Origin: Blasia pusilla
Lineage: Eukaryota
Assembly (NCBI GenBank): GCA_050084515.1
Contig: CM114271.1
Coordinates: forward strand, 25,730,001 to 25,794,000
DNA: 64,000 bases
Direction of reading: 5' to 3'
Numbering within the stretch: the stretch's first letter is position 1; every line of letters starts with the position of its first letter. The translations under genes were made by a program, and so were the position numbers. This document shows positions 11,620 to 24,071 of this stretch, piece by piece. The notes under the pieces were generated by a model, which was not told the origin of the DNA, made no database searches, and was given only the letters and a program-made list of their open reading frames with translations.

Positions 11620-12186
11620 GTTGTGGTACACTTATGTTTGTGGATGCTCTCGTCTATGTTATGTATGTATATGAGTATGGTATGTCAACGATGTATGTTG
11701 TATGACGATGTGGATTCGCAGGACAGCTGTCATGATCATATAGATTATGTCGTAGAGTATAGTGTGCTAGTAGAGGCCATACCTTATGTAGGACCGTAGT
11801 GGCTAGGTAGAGATCCGGTTTCATACATAGGGTTGGGGGTGACTTTCCCAGTAGAGCCCGCTCTTAGGTTGGAGGATATAGTGTGGAGTGCACCCAAAGA
11901 ACAGTCAGTTCTTTGAGTTGAGCATGTTGCGTTGGGAGTTAGCCTTGGTAGTGAGTAGAGCTCTTGGCTATGGTGTTTCTCGCATGCTTTGACCTAGATT
12001 CTCCCATCGTGGAGTGGGTTTGGCTTGATTGTATGTGATTGTATACGTGTTTTATGATAGTAGGTCTTTCACGGATTTCAGTTGTGGTACACTTATGTTT
12101 GTGGATGCTCTCGTCTATGTTATGTATATATGTGAGTATGGTATGTCAGCGATGTATGTTGTATGACGATGTGGATTCGCACGACA
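11620..12186 (+). repeat. Split terminal repeats of copy 2: B1(11620-11725)-GC-A2(11728-12080)-B2(12081-12186)
   Basis: The 106-bp block gttgtggtacac...gaca is duplicated around A2. The B1-A2 junction is the palindrome GACAGCTGTC. Confidence 0.93.
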
Positions 12187-13790
12187 AATTATTTGAGCAA
12201 GTACAATTGGGAGAAGCATGTCTGAATGAATAACAACGTGTTATTTGGGATGCTATACATGATGAGCTTGATCAAATATGCATAAATGTTCCACCATCTT
12301 CAAAAGTATTTTTCATCGATGGTCCGTGTGCAACAGGAAAGACATTTCTATATAATCTTCTCCTTGCAAGCGTAAGGAGTGCGTATAGCATTGGTTGTAG
12401 CATCATCTGGAATACTTGTTTTATTGTAAGATGGAGGACGTACTGCACATTCGCGTTTCAAGATCCCCATCAATCTTCATGAGAGCTCTACTTGCAAGTA
12501 AGTGTCATTAACCACTTTACATGCAATTGTATTGATACATAAAGTTTAATTATTCCAATTATTACAACTTCTAATTTATTTTCCTTTGTCATTTATAGTT
12601 TATGAGTCGATGGTGATGGAGCATGCTTAATCCGTGCGAGAATGCTCATTATATGGGACGAAGCACCTATGACTCATTGTCATGCATTCGAGGTTGTGAA
12701 CCGTACTTTACAAGATATTATGGGAGTTATTTCTGATGATCTACGGCAAATACCATTTGGCGGAAAATTTATGATATTTGGTGGTGACTTTCGTCAAGTG
12801 TTGCCAATTATTCGTCATAGGGATCGACCACAAATCATCCAAGCTACCATAAAGAGATCACCTATTTGGTCCAATGTAAAGGTCATGAAGTTGAAAACAA
12901 ACATGTGAGTTCAAAGGTTGGAAGGTCATTTACGTGTTGAACAACAAGGTTTTGCTGATTGGTTATTGGAGGTGGGTGAGGATTGTGTACCTTTGCATCC
13001 AAATTTGGGAGAAGATTTCATAAAATTACTATCTAAAATTGTTACTGATAGTAATAAGATATCTGATCTTATTGATTTGATCTATGGCAATTCTCCTAGC
13101 CAATTCCAAGACATTGGGTTCTTGAGAAATACAACTATTCTGACTACAAGAAATAGAGATGTTGATGACATAAATACAGATGTTATGTCTCGATTTCTTG
13201 GACATGTAATCTTTTAACCTGCATACATCTTCTACATGGATTTTTTCTCTTAGGTTTTAGGATTTAGGATTGTTTTACTGACTGTCTTTACTAATACATT
13301 ATTGTTTCTCACGAATTTAGTACACATTGTACAGGAGCATATTTACCTCAGGGTCAAGTCTATTCCAAATGAGGGGATGAGTCATATCTATCCAACGGAA
13401 TTTTTGAACACATGCTTGCCTTCTGGACTACCTCCACATCGTTTAAATTTAAAGATTGGTGCACCAATCATGCTCTTACGAAATATGAATGGATCACAAG
13501 GACAAGCAAACGGGACGAGATTGGTGATTCGTGGATTTATGCAACATCATATAGATGCCAAATTATTACCGGGAAGAATATTGGCGATTGAGTTTTTATT
13601 CCACGGATTCCATCGGATTCTAGTCTGCCATTTGATTTACGCAAGTTTCAATTTCCTATTCGCCTAGCTTTTGTTATAATTATTAATAAGTCTCAAGGTC
13701 AAGCTTTGCAAAAGGTTGGCATTTACTTGCCTACTCATGTATTTTCTCATGATCAATTGTATGTAGCAGTATCCAAAATAGGGAAGAGAA
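12187..13790 (+). pseudogene. Helitron PIF1-like helicase domain
   Basis: [77 protein letters not shown]. Confidence 0.93.
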
Positions 13791-14376
13791 GTTTCATCCA
13801 CATTACCCTTGGAAGCGATGAACATTCAAGTAAAAATCACTACACACGAATTATAAAATAAAAAAAATACTTGGATGTTGGAGTGTTTTTGTAATATAAT
13901 TGTAAAATTTATTTCATCCAAGTATTTTTTATATTATACGTCACGGGAGTGTTGGAAATAAAAGGAGGTACGATAACGAGGGAGCTTGAAATTCTTTCAC
14001 ATTATATGGAAAAAAAAAAAACTTAATTATGTGGAGTATATTAATCTTTTCAATACACATTAACTCTCCAAACACTTTTTTTTTCGTGCATGCCATACCT
14101 TACTAATAATATAATATAGGTTTCTTGTTCACGAGGCAGCGGACAGCGGGCGTAGTTTGGGCCGGGACGGCGGGAGGCATGGACGGGGACGCGGGAGGGA
14201 GAACGGTGGGCGGCGGGGAAGAGAGGGGACGTGCTACATATCGAAACGGAGAGTGTGACGAGGGATTCATTTTGATCCGGACCTTAATGCATGGCGTGAA
14301 GTATTTTATTTTTATTCATCTTTTTAGAATTCGGTTCATATTAGGGTTCCAAATGTGAGTATTAGGGCTTTGCTTA

Positions 14377-15845
14377 TTGTCATTTGGAGAAATTTCCCAA
14401 GGTAACGTCCTCTATTCAACCATCCTTCCCCTCCTTTCCCAAGTCCTTCCTTGTTTGTCGTATTTGCTTCTCATTTTGGTTCGATTCACGTTTGTATTTG
14501 TTACCCCTCTCGTAGATACATCTTTCTTCTCATCTATTTTATCTCGATTGGCCCATGATCTTTCTACACTCTTAGCAACTCTAGGTATTCATGAGTTCAT
14601 TTTTGGGAGGGGGTTGGGACTAGAAGTCCTAGGTGATATCGGTAGGTGAGAGTTTATGTTAGAGGGAGCATTACCGTGGACGGTAAGAGAGTTGTTTGCC
14701 ATGACCGCTTGTTTGAATGGGGATGATAGGATTGTTATTGGCAGGGGATTGTCGCACGATTTTATTGCAGGGGGGCATGTCCTCTTCTTGGTGAGTTGCA
14801 TCCATGCCTCGACCCGCATTGACTCCCCGTGTGGGGACCCGTGGGTCGTCTAGTCGAGATACTAAATGCCCATGTTGTCCCGAATTCTTCACTCGTTCAG
14901 GAATTCGGAACCACTATGTCTGACTGGAATATCCCCATGGAGGTTAGGGCCCGTATTCGCTCTTGCTCCGGAAAGGGGGCAGACTCATGGGTAGGGGCGC
15001 GCCCCCTTCTCCCGGCTTTCCGTATCGCACCACTTACCTATACCACAGCGATGCGGTTGCGCTTGGGCCTCCCCCAACCATCGGTGGTTGGTTGGACACA
15101 CTGCGAGTGTCGCCGGAGCCTGGATCCACTTGGTATGCATTTGGCACGCTTTCCAATTGGGGGTGAGAAGATAGCCACTCACGATGTAGTGCAAGATATC
15201 ATGTTCACTATTGCTCGGGACAGTGGCTTCCATGTGCAGAGAGAGAGGCACTACTCCATGCAGGATTCCCTTATTCGAGTTGATCTTTACATGACACGAG
15301 AGGCTGAGGTGGTGGTGGCGGACGTGGTAGTTACAGATCCTACGCGGGAGGCAGTGCGAGCCCAAGTGGTGGCCCAAGGGCGAATGCTACAAGGAGCGGC
15401 GGCGGCGGCGGTGAAGAAGATACATATCTACATTCGACTTCACGAAGGACACATCTTCATCCCCCTGGCCATAGAGATGTATGGGGCTATGGGGGAGAGG
15501 TTTGACTCCTTCCTTACGAACTACGCCCATTATCTCCAATCGAGAAATGGGTTGTCCTTAGCTACTACGGTTCTCTATTGTAGGCAGCGGGTCTCCATAG
15601 CGTTGCAGTGCGCCCAGGCTAATGGGCTTTTGTGGCGGGCTCAGGCTATTGGAGACTCCAGCGCTAGAGGCCCACTTAATAATAGTCATAACTCTCTTGT
15701 TGTTGCTGATATTTTCTCTGTTGTTAGTGAATTTCGTCGCCAAAAGGAATACCCCCTTCTTTCTTTTCTGGTCTTGTTGTGGCCTTCAAGTTTTGACTCT
15801 TTGAATCCACCTCTTTTGTACTTCGGATGGGTTTTCCATCACACG
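14377..15845 (+). mobile_element. 5'-truncated CRE-clade-like non-LTR retrotransposon (Zn knuckle + restriction-like endonuclease)
   Basis: ORF 14829-15932 has MRLRLGLP, CEC...H, THD, RVD, ADV, KK, FIPLAIEMYGAMG and QRVSIALQ. The 3' UTR is shared with 16700-16822 and 59105-59260. The 5' boundary is approximate. Confidence 0.8.
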
Positions 15846-16519
15846 TTTTTATCAAAGTGCATCATTTTCTATGAGCGGCACCTTATTAGTTATAGCCCAT
15901 TGGGATACGTTTCACACAAAAGAAACAACTGAAGCGGAGCGGTACAAAACGTGAGAAAGCTCCCCGAACGTCCGTAACTTTTACAACGGCCCCAGAAAGC
16001 GTTAGAAAAGTCGGGGAAACTTTTAAACATTTAGCGGCAGCGCTAACCGCACCGATCTGCAGTGTTCTCCACGTGGCGACGAGGGGTGCAAGCACTTGCT
16101 TTCCGGGATGTGCCGTGTTCCGGAGCCCAGTACCGCCTCGATTCGCGGCGAGCCGTGCGCAGAGCTTGTCAGCAGTGCAGGCCCGGATCCGTTGGATTCC
16201 AGGATGGTCTAAAGGATAATACTGTCGACGGAGAGAATCCGTCTCCGTCGTCCATCCATCAATGATGAGCCGGATTTCCGATATGAATAGAGGAATGATT
16301 ATTTATTAATTAACGAAAGAAACAAACAACATAAAACAAAAAAATCATATCTTTGGCATCTACGCCTACAGCGCCTGTCTAGACTGAAGTCGACAATGGA
16401 CTGCTGCAGCGGCTCCACCTCCTTCCCAACGCTTTTCCCGTTCCTGCCAAACTCGGCCGGAGACGCCAGCTCCGATCAGCGGCTTGTCTTTGGCTATTTT
16501 TGTCCGGTGGGGCAGGCAC

Positions 16520-16640
16520 AGCCCTGCCCTTACGGATAGGTTCTTGTATGACTCCCTATAATTTGGAGAGAAAACGAGCATAGCCCTGCCCTTACGGGTA
16601 GGTTCTTGTATGAATCCCTCAAATTTGGAGAGAAAATGAG
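16520..16640 (+). repeat. Tandem duplication of an approximately 62-bp unit
   Basis: gccctgcccttacgg.taggttcttgtatga...aatttggagagaaaa.gag occurs twice. Confidence 0.9.
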
Positions 16641-16699
16641 GTCTTTAAAAACCGCGATGGAAAAAATATTAAAGAGTCAAATTCGTTCAAGTCACGACG

Positions 16700-16822
16700 T
16701 ATTTGGTGAGTCTAGTAGATAGGGGAATGGCTCCTCCCTCTTTTTCAGGGTCCGTTGTAGATTCCGGATACTTGATTCTTTGAGTTACCCTCTTTTATTT
16801 TTCGGATGGGTTTCCCATCATG
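16700..16822 (+). mobile_element. 3'-UTR fragment of the CRE-like family
   Basis: ttgattctttgagttaccctctttt...ttcggatgggtttcccatca resembles 15793-15842. Confidence 0.55.
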
Positions 16823-17124
16823 GATATTTATTTGGAAAGCAGAAAAGGGGACTATTGGTTATAATTAGGGAGTCTCGGCCTGGTTTGTGCAACGGATGTG
16901 ACGAGCTCCCTCTTAAATATGTTATGCATTTGTAGGTCACGAATCTGAAGGCATATTTTGGAATGATTGTGTGACATATGTGCTACATTTGAATTTTATT
17001 TTCCCCCTCTCTCCTTTGTGGTATTGGGAGGGAGTTTCTTTCTTATAGAGCATCTCATTTGGTGAGAGTTACGACCATTATCACAACTTCATGTTACGGT
17101 ATAAGCCTATCTTATGACTTCATA

Positions 17125-17190
17125 CTAGTAAGGTGCTCGTGCCATGCATGGGAAATAAAAAAAAAAGCGTTGAAGAGCTAATGCATAGGC
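17125..17190 (-). mobile_element. Helitron 3' terminus (hairpin + CTAG|T)
   Basis: Reverse complement reads cccatgcatggcacgagcaccttactag|t; upstream sequence is similar to 14057-14106. Confidence 0.7.
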
Positions 17191-18059
17191 TGTGAAGGGA
17201 AGAGGTTAATGATGTTGTACAAAAATTCAAAAAATTTCTTGTTGCATGTAGCATGTGAAACGTTTTCTTGTTGCCGAATTGTCACATGTCAAACATAAAG
17301 GTGTTTGCAAATCAAGAAGGCACTCTCCCATACAAATATAGATTTTGGCTTAAGCACTAGGAGGGCTTCTCGATTTTGGACATTATTGGCATTTTGTGTT
17401 TAGGTGCCTACGGCTGTGTTCAAATTTTTTTATGCTAATTTCTCATCAGATAAATGACCGGAAAAAATTTTGGATCAACCTTTTAAGCCATAAACATTAG
17501 AAAATAATTGGTTGGAGATACCCCTCAAATTTTTTTATCAAAATTTTCTTTTAGAAATATCTGACCGGTATAACCATTGAAAAATATTCCATCAAACTTT
17601 AATGGTAAGAACTATCTCATTTGAAATCGTACCTTTCAAATTTGATTATCCATTTTCTCATGCCAAAATTAAAGGTTCCAAATTTTTCATTTCCGTCTTC
17701 AATTACCTGCCCTACACGTACGTGTTCGCCCCTCTCCCTCCATCCGTTCCATCTTAATCTCTATATATCCACTTTATTATAAAATAAACCTCAAAAGAGA
17801 ACAAAGAAAGGTAATAAAACTCAAAAGAGGAGTCAAAAAATGCATTAAAAAATGCGAAAAGAAAATGGCAACGAGCCAAACGCAAACACCATTCATCTTA
17901 GCACCGAAATATTAAGTCTAAATTTTCATTTATATTCGAGACACTTGTGCTAAAGTGCCATACACTACTCAACATACGTAAGGCTCCTCCTTTCCGGGTG
18001 GAGGCCCTTTCATGGGCTTTCACTTAGTGGAAGCCCACGAAAACCGGCACATTTCCGTG

Positions 18060-18600
18060 AGAAAGGTAAATTTTAGAATTCTCGGCCGGTCATTTAGACA
18101 CAAATATGAAAAAGAGTCTACGTATTCCGTCGGTTTTTAGCCTGAATGGATGATTTAAAAATTTCCCGGCTAACTCAACACGTGACCCTGTTCCCCCCCT
18201 CCATTGGACGACGCCGGTGTCCGTGCGGCACGATCACATGAAAAACGGTAGGGTAATGACTCTATGAGAAAGCAGGACTCCCATGAAGTCTGAACGTAAC
18301 AATCATATGCCGACACCAGCCGGCCATATGTGCGATGCAATGTCCGGGGAGAACCGGGGTTACGTGTTGACCTAGCCGGTAGTTAATTTGCAAAGTGAAT
18401 TTCCGATTCACTTTGCAAATTAACGGCCAAAAACCGGCAGAATAGAGGGGTCCTCTTTTGTAGTTGTATCTCTTTAGCCGGACGGATTCAAGAAAATATC
18501 CAAAATTACCGTTCTCGTCCAAAAAAACCGGAAATGAACGGGTTCTCGCCAAAAAACTACCCGGACCGTGGTGCAATGTCCAGGTTGGTAGAGCATCTGA
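18060..18600. repeat. Diverged dispersed repeat: inverted pair (about 18060-18199 and 18347-18600)
   Basis: ggggagaaccggggttacgtgttgacctagccgg at about 18347; reverse-complement-like ccggctaactcaacacgtgaccctgttcccc at about 18166-18199. Confidence 0.6.
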
Positions 18601-19808
18601 GGCATTTCCAGCTTCTCGCGAGGTGGATGTGCGCAATGATCGGTGAGAACCGAGGTTCCTTGTATAGCCGGCGGGTTGTCTTTGATCATTTCAATTTAAA
18701 GAAACTAATTGCAAATGAGGTATATCTTTCTCTTTCGTAACAGAAAGTAGGAATTTTATTTACTAGTGTGAGGACGTGGATTTAATCGTCTTTCATAATT
18801 AATTCTCAAACTTTTCAAACGTAATTTTTAAATTAAACGATCTCAGTCAGTATTATTGATGGAAAATGCCAAATGCTCGAAAGAGAGTGTATGCAACCCG
18901 AAGAGGCGTTGTCCCATGTTAATATAAATTAAGGGATTTTCAATGAGGGTGAACCTTTTGTGATTATATAGTAAATGGGGGATGAATTTCGTTGAACACG
19001 TCGACAGAATAAAAGTTTACATTTGAACAGGGTTTTGCGGGCCCTAACTAGCAATACAAACTGAAGTAATGCAGCTGCCGGGAACGCATCGGTACCTGTG
19101 CGTAGCGTGCTTACTCCAGTGGAAACTTGTCAGGTATGGCAGGGCCTCTAACGCAAGTATAAGGAGAGGTTGTAGCCCAGCATTGGTTCAAGTCGTGGCC
19201 TTTATGATCAGGTTGGACGGTGCGGAGAGGGAAGGTCTACACACTCGCACAGTTGGAGGGTTACACGTTGTATACCGAGAGCTGACCATACGAGGTCGAA
19301 GTGATTGACATCATATATAATGGGCGAGATCTACCCATCAGTTCAAGGACTTGGGTTGAAATATATAATATTTTACTTTATTTTATTCTTTCGTCCTTTG
19401 TCGCCAATCAATCACAATCTACGTGGAGCTGTTTGGGGTGTTCCCGATACACATTCCTCTGTGCAGTGCAATAGGTTGCTGAATGCGTCTGTCGAACAGT
19501 TACGGTGTGAAACTCCAAATTCTCATATCGTAGCTGTTGGACACATTCCCCAGAAAACCAGAGAGGAAAAGAAAGATAACGAATACGATAAATAAAAAAC
19601 GCGATATAATTGATTCTCTTCTGGGGGGGTGATATTTCCATTTGTAACAATAAAATGGTTTACAGAAGGGACGGCGATGACGACAGTAGGTAGAAATCCC
19701 TCGCCATCCATCCCCACCCCACCCGGCTCTAGAGTATCCCAGGCCAACTGTGTAAGCGAGGACTACGCTAACCTACCCTACGCCCCGGATCTGCCTTGGC
19801 AAAAATGC

Positions 19809-22800
19809 TCACTTGGCGGCAGCAAGTTCTGCCCGCAACTGCTTGGCGGCCGCCACCAGGTTCGTGAGCGCTGGGACGACTTCCGCGTACTTTCTGGTCT
19901 TCAAACCGCAGTCGGGGTTGATCCACAGGACCTTGGACTCGAGGACGTCCAACATCTGCACAGAACAACCGGGAGGGTGTCAACGGCATGTTTACCGGGT
20001 ACGTGGCGTTCTGACCGTGGGCCGATAGAAAGGAAATCACAGCAACTGCCCTCAGAGCCTGGATGGAAGAGAACCGCGACCCATTCCTCACCTTGCGAGC
20101 GCGGTCAGCCATCTCCTCCGTGGGAGGAATACGTGGGGAGTGGATGTCGTAAACTCCTGGGCCGATTCCAGCGGCGTACTTCACACCCTCACGGAAAACT
20201 GAGAGTAGCTTCTCGTCGGACCGGGAGTTCTCGATAGTGATGACATCGGCATCCATGTCGATGATGGAGTTGATGATGTCGTTGAAGTTGGAGTAACACA
20301 TGTGGGTGTGGATCTGCACCACACATATCACGAGTAAGACGACTAGATTTGTTTGGACTCGTTCGGAGTCGGAGATCAGTAGCTTCAACTGTTGGGAAAT
20401 TTAGTCACATTGTGACACTCGAGAAACAAGCACGACGTTCGAGGACGAACCTGAGTCGTGTCTTTCACTCCGCACGTGGTGATACGGAATCCGTGGACCG
20501 CCCAGTCTTGGTATGCGGCTTGCTCGGATTTGCGCAAAGGCAGACCCTCCCTGAGAGCAGCTTCGTCAATTTGGATAACCTGATGGATCGGAAACATCAC
20601 CGCGTCAAGGTCATGTTCCGTGAACACCAGAGAAGAGACGCATTGGTGGTGAGGTGAACGGAGTAATGATAAATTTCGGTGTGTTCGAGTTCACTGGCGA
20701 ATATATTCAACAAAGAAATTTGTCAAGGATGAGAACCTACCGTGATGCCGTTGGCCTCGAGGTCCTCAACTTCGTCCTTGATTGCAAGGGCAATTTGCAT
20801 GGTGGTCACAGACCTGTGAGCACGCCAAGGGTTCTGGTTAATTTTGTATTGCACATGACGAAGACAATTCCGATGCTAAACGCGAGTCCACGCAACGAAT
20901 CCAGGAATCTAGTAACAAGAAAAATGTACCTGGGTTGATCGTTCCTGACGAAAGACCAGTTCAAGATTGTCACGGGTCCTGTGAGCATTCCCTTCATGGG
21001 TCGAGAGGTCAAACTTTGAGCATACTTCGACCAGTACACGGTCATGCTGGTTGGTCGGCTAACGTCACCGAAGATAACTGGTGGCTTCACGCACCGGGAT
21101 CCGTAAGATTGCACCCAACCGTTAGCAGTGAAACAGAATCCTTGGAGTTGCTCACCGAAGTATTCAACCATATCGTTCCTCTGCAGCAGCGACAAGCATT
21201 CAGTGTTTTTTTAACTGACGTTCGATAAGAAAATCTATGAACGCTTCAAAGATGTTAGCATTACTAGCATTTATATGATATGGCAGAAGTCGTCATTGCT
21301 GGCGAATCCTGATTCTCCAAACCAAACGGTCTTCAAAGATCGAAATTGTCCGCAATGTAACTCACCTCTGGTTCTCCGTGTACGAGGACATCAAGGTCCA
21401 GTTCTTCCTGCAGCTTCACCACACTCTGGATCTCCGCCTTGATAGCCGTGATGTACTCTTCCTCGGTGATCCTGAACCAAGAGCAACCCGCCAAAATATG
21501 AGGAGACCATTTCTTGCGGGGTATTAACCATAAACACTCCATGTTTTATATCAGCATGCTCAATGGATAATTGAAAGAAAACTGTTAGAATGCGTTTCAT
21601 AAACGAGGAGGAATGGATATGAGCTTACTTCTTGCTCTTGACCTCACGACGAACACGGCGCAACTCAGGAGTCTGGGGGAATGATCCGATAGTCGTAGTG
21701 GGCAATATAGGGAGGTTCAGCTTCTTTTGTTGTTCTTCTAGACGTTGGACCACAGGTGTAGCCCTACGATGATCGGAAGAATCCAGGTCCTTGATCTGCA
21801 TTCCAAAATTCATTCACGACAGATACGTCTCACATTTGAAACTGGAGAAAAATATTGGCGGATCTGATCTACCTTCCCGGATACTCTCGAATAACACGAC
21901 TCCCGTCTTGGACGAGTACACTGCATGCTGTGTTGCACGCTGTGTTACTTGTCCATAGATTCTCAACTAATGGATGCAGAACTTACGGCTTTCTTGACTG
22001 CATCGTTGTGAACTCGGGGAGAGCTCTTCCTGCTTGCTTGGGCAGCAGCATTGGTAGCGAAATACTCCTATGGCAACCAAAACGTGGCAAAGTGAGATTT
22101 CCTCCCTTCAACTGTGAACAAAAGCAACGTACGAGAAGAGGCATCAAAACAAGGGTGCCTCCTTACCAGGCCGGTACTGCGACTCACCTCATCCTTCTTG
22201 CCCTCCAGGGCGTTGGCCAAGGCAACGACCTCGTGGACCTTTTGTGCGGCGAATGCCATCCACGACTTCATCTCTTCGTCGAGTTTGGTTTCGTTCTTCA
22301 GGTCAAAAGCGGTGTGGAGCAGAGAGCAAGATGTGGACACTACGACCTTGTCTGCATGACAAACGATGGAAATTCAGGATCTACAACCGAAGATATCTCC
22401 AGAAGGAGACTTTCGACGAGTACTCATTGGCGAAAGCACCTTAGGACGCCATTTACCTTTCCCCAGAGCGGCCACCAACTCCTCCAGGAGAGTCAGGGAG
22501 GCCGACAAGTCGTTGGCCCAGATGTTTCGGCCATCGACAACACCGGCGTGAATTTTCTTTCCTCCATTACCGAATTGCTTCACGAGCTCCAGAGTCTGGG
22601 GGCCACGTACAAGATCCACTCCAATTGCGGTGACGTACTCCAAACCGATAAGAGTCCTGTCACCAATGACGTGAGAAAAGGATACCTGACGAGCTAACGA
22701 CCCAGGTGAGACAAATCACGGCATGATCAAAGCAAATTACAGGTAGGGTCAACACTGCAGGGCAGAAAGTGAACTCACTTAAAAGCTTCAGCAGGAAGGT

Positions 22801-24071
22801 CAGCGAAGTATGTCTCGATCAGAATGTCAATGCCAAGATCTGCACCTAGGACAGCGTACGCCTTCTTGTAGAGCTCGTACTGGCTTGATTCTAAATCAAG
22901 GACAAGGGTAGGCTCGTCGAACTGGACACCCTTTGCACCGGCGGCCTTCAATTCTTCCAGAATCTCCCTGTTCACGTAACCAAATGACCAATCTCAGCTG
23001 CAGACATGGGACGAAAAAGCTTACTTCACTAGCTACGAGCTGAAAATATTTCTGAGGACGCTTCATAAAACTTTGAGCGAATCAGACACATACTCGAATC
23101 AAGTCTCCCACACGTAGCCAGTGCGGTATTGTTACTCGGTAGATGTACTCACTTATACACTGGCAAGAGTGAGTCGAGTAAGGAGAGGGGATCGAAGTTC
23201 TTCGGGGCATCTCTGGATGCCTTGGCCTTAGCCAGGTAAGTCACGGGACCTACGAAAACTGGGATAGTCTCGATCCCAAGCTGTGGGTACAAACATCCCG
23301 TGGATTAACATACACTCTGAAGATAATCCACCACAACGATAAGCTTCAAAGGATAAAGCATCTTCCAGGCCATGTGAGAGAACTCACTGCAAGGGCTTCC
23401 TTGAACTCCTCCACGGCCTTGCGAGAAGACAGAACAAACTTGGTTTGGGGACCGAGCTCAGGTACGATGTAATGGCTACAAAAATAGTCTCATAACATCG
23501 TAAGTACATAACATCAGGCGTGTGTAAGGGAAGTAGATCAGATTCGGAAATCGCAAACAACAAACTTCAAGGGACCCTTCCGCATTGCAGTACTAGAAAT
23601 TTCAGAAAGATTAAAGTCTTATTCAAAAAGATGTTTACACAGTGGAGAGGTGTCTGACTACATGAAACTATCCACACGTGCTGCGTCAGTTACGACGATG
23701 GAGTGTTAGACTAAGATGACTTACTAATTGGTGTCGAACCACTTGGTCATCTCCATGGCGGGAGTGGTCTTGTTTCCACGGGCCATCGAGAAGTAAGTGT
23801 CGAACTCGACATTTCCTCCGGTGAATCCATAGCGCTCCGGCACTGCCCCCACCATGGCAGTGGTATCCAGACCGTGATCGTAGTAAGAGAAAGTGTTGCT
23901 CGGAATCAGCGTCACTCCAGCCTCCTTCTGGTAATTCCAGATGGACGCTCTTAGGTCCTTCGCGACCTTCTCCAAATCCTCAGCAGTCGACTTGCCATCC
24001 CAGAAGGACTCGAGCGCAAACTTGAGCTCCCTCTTGGGGCCCATGCGGGGGTATCCGACGATATGAGCCAT
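19809..24071 (-). CDS. METE: Cobalamin-independent methionine synthase (multi-exon, apparently intact)
   Basis: [110 protein letters not shown]. Stop TGA at 19809-19811; GT-AG introns. A probable 5'UTR intron lies at about 24089-24716. Confidence 0.97.

Larger units (their letters stand above)
3270..12186 (+). mobile_element. Near full-length split-repeat Ty3/Gypsy-like retrotransposon (copy 2) carrying a DNMT3-like domain and a PHD finger
   Basis: A1 3270-3637; gag-PR-MTase-RT-RH-INT-PHD; PPT 11610-11616; B1 11620-11725; GC; A2 11728-12080; B2 12081-12186. Flanked by AATT (3266-3269, 12187-12190). Removing it restores the Helitron frame DTEELFEQVQLG. Confidence 0.93.
1120..14106 (+). mobile_element. 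Decayed autonomous Helitron (RepHel), interrupted by retroelement copies 1 and 2; 5' part lies outside the window
   Basis: Rep and PIF1 helicase motifs are present. A degenerate 3' end (cgtgcatgccataccttactaa|t at about 14085-14106) is homologous to the minus-strand Helitron end at 17125. Confidence 0.88.

Noticed and set aside
3270-12186. DIRS/PAT/Ngaro tyrosine-recombinase element suggested by split direct repeats and a methyltransferase
   Set aside because: No tyrosine recombinase seen. Protease and HHCC-DDE integrase are present, the MTase is C5-type (not Dam-like), and TSDs are apparent.
11620-12186. Solo LTR inserted into B with a long duplication, or an assembly artefact
   Set aside because: The same arrangement with the same 2-bp spacer occurs in three copies of two families, and B1/B2 have diverged from each other.
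16520-16640. CRISPR-like array
   Set aside because: Only two adjacent units with no spacers, in a eukaryotic context.
19629-22697. Long plus-strand ORFs (202 aa, 280 aa)
   Set aside because: They are antisense shadows of METE exons with no recognisable domain.
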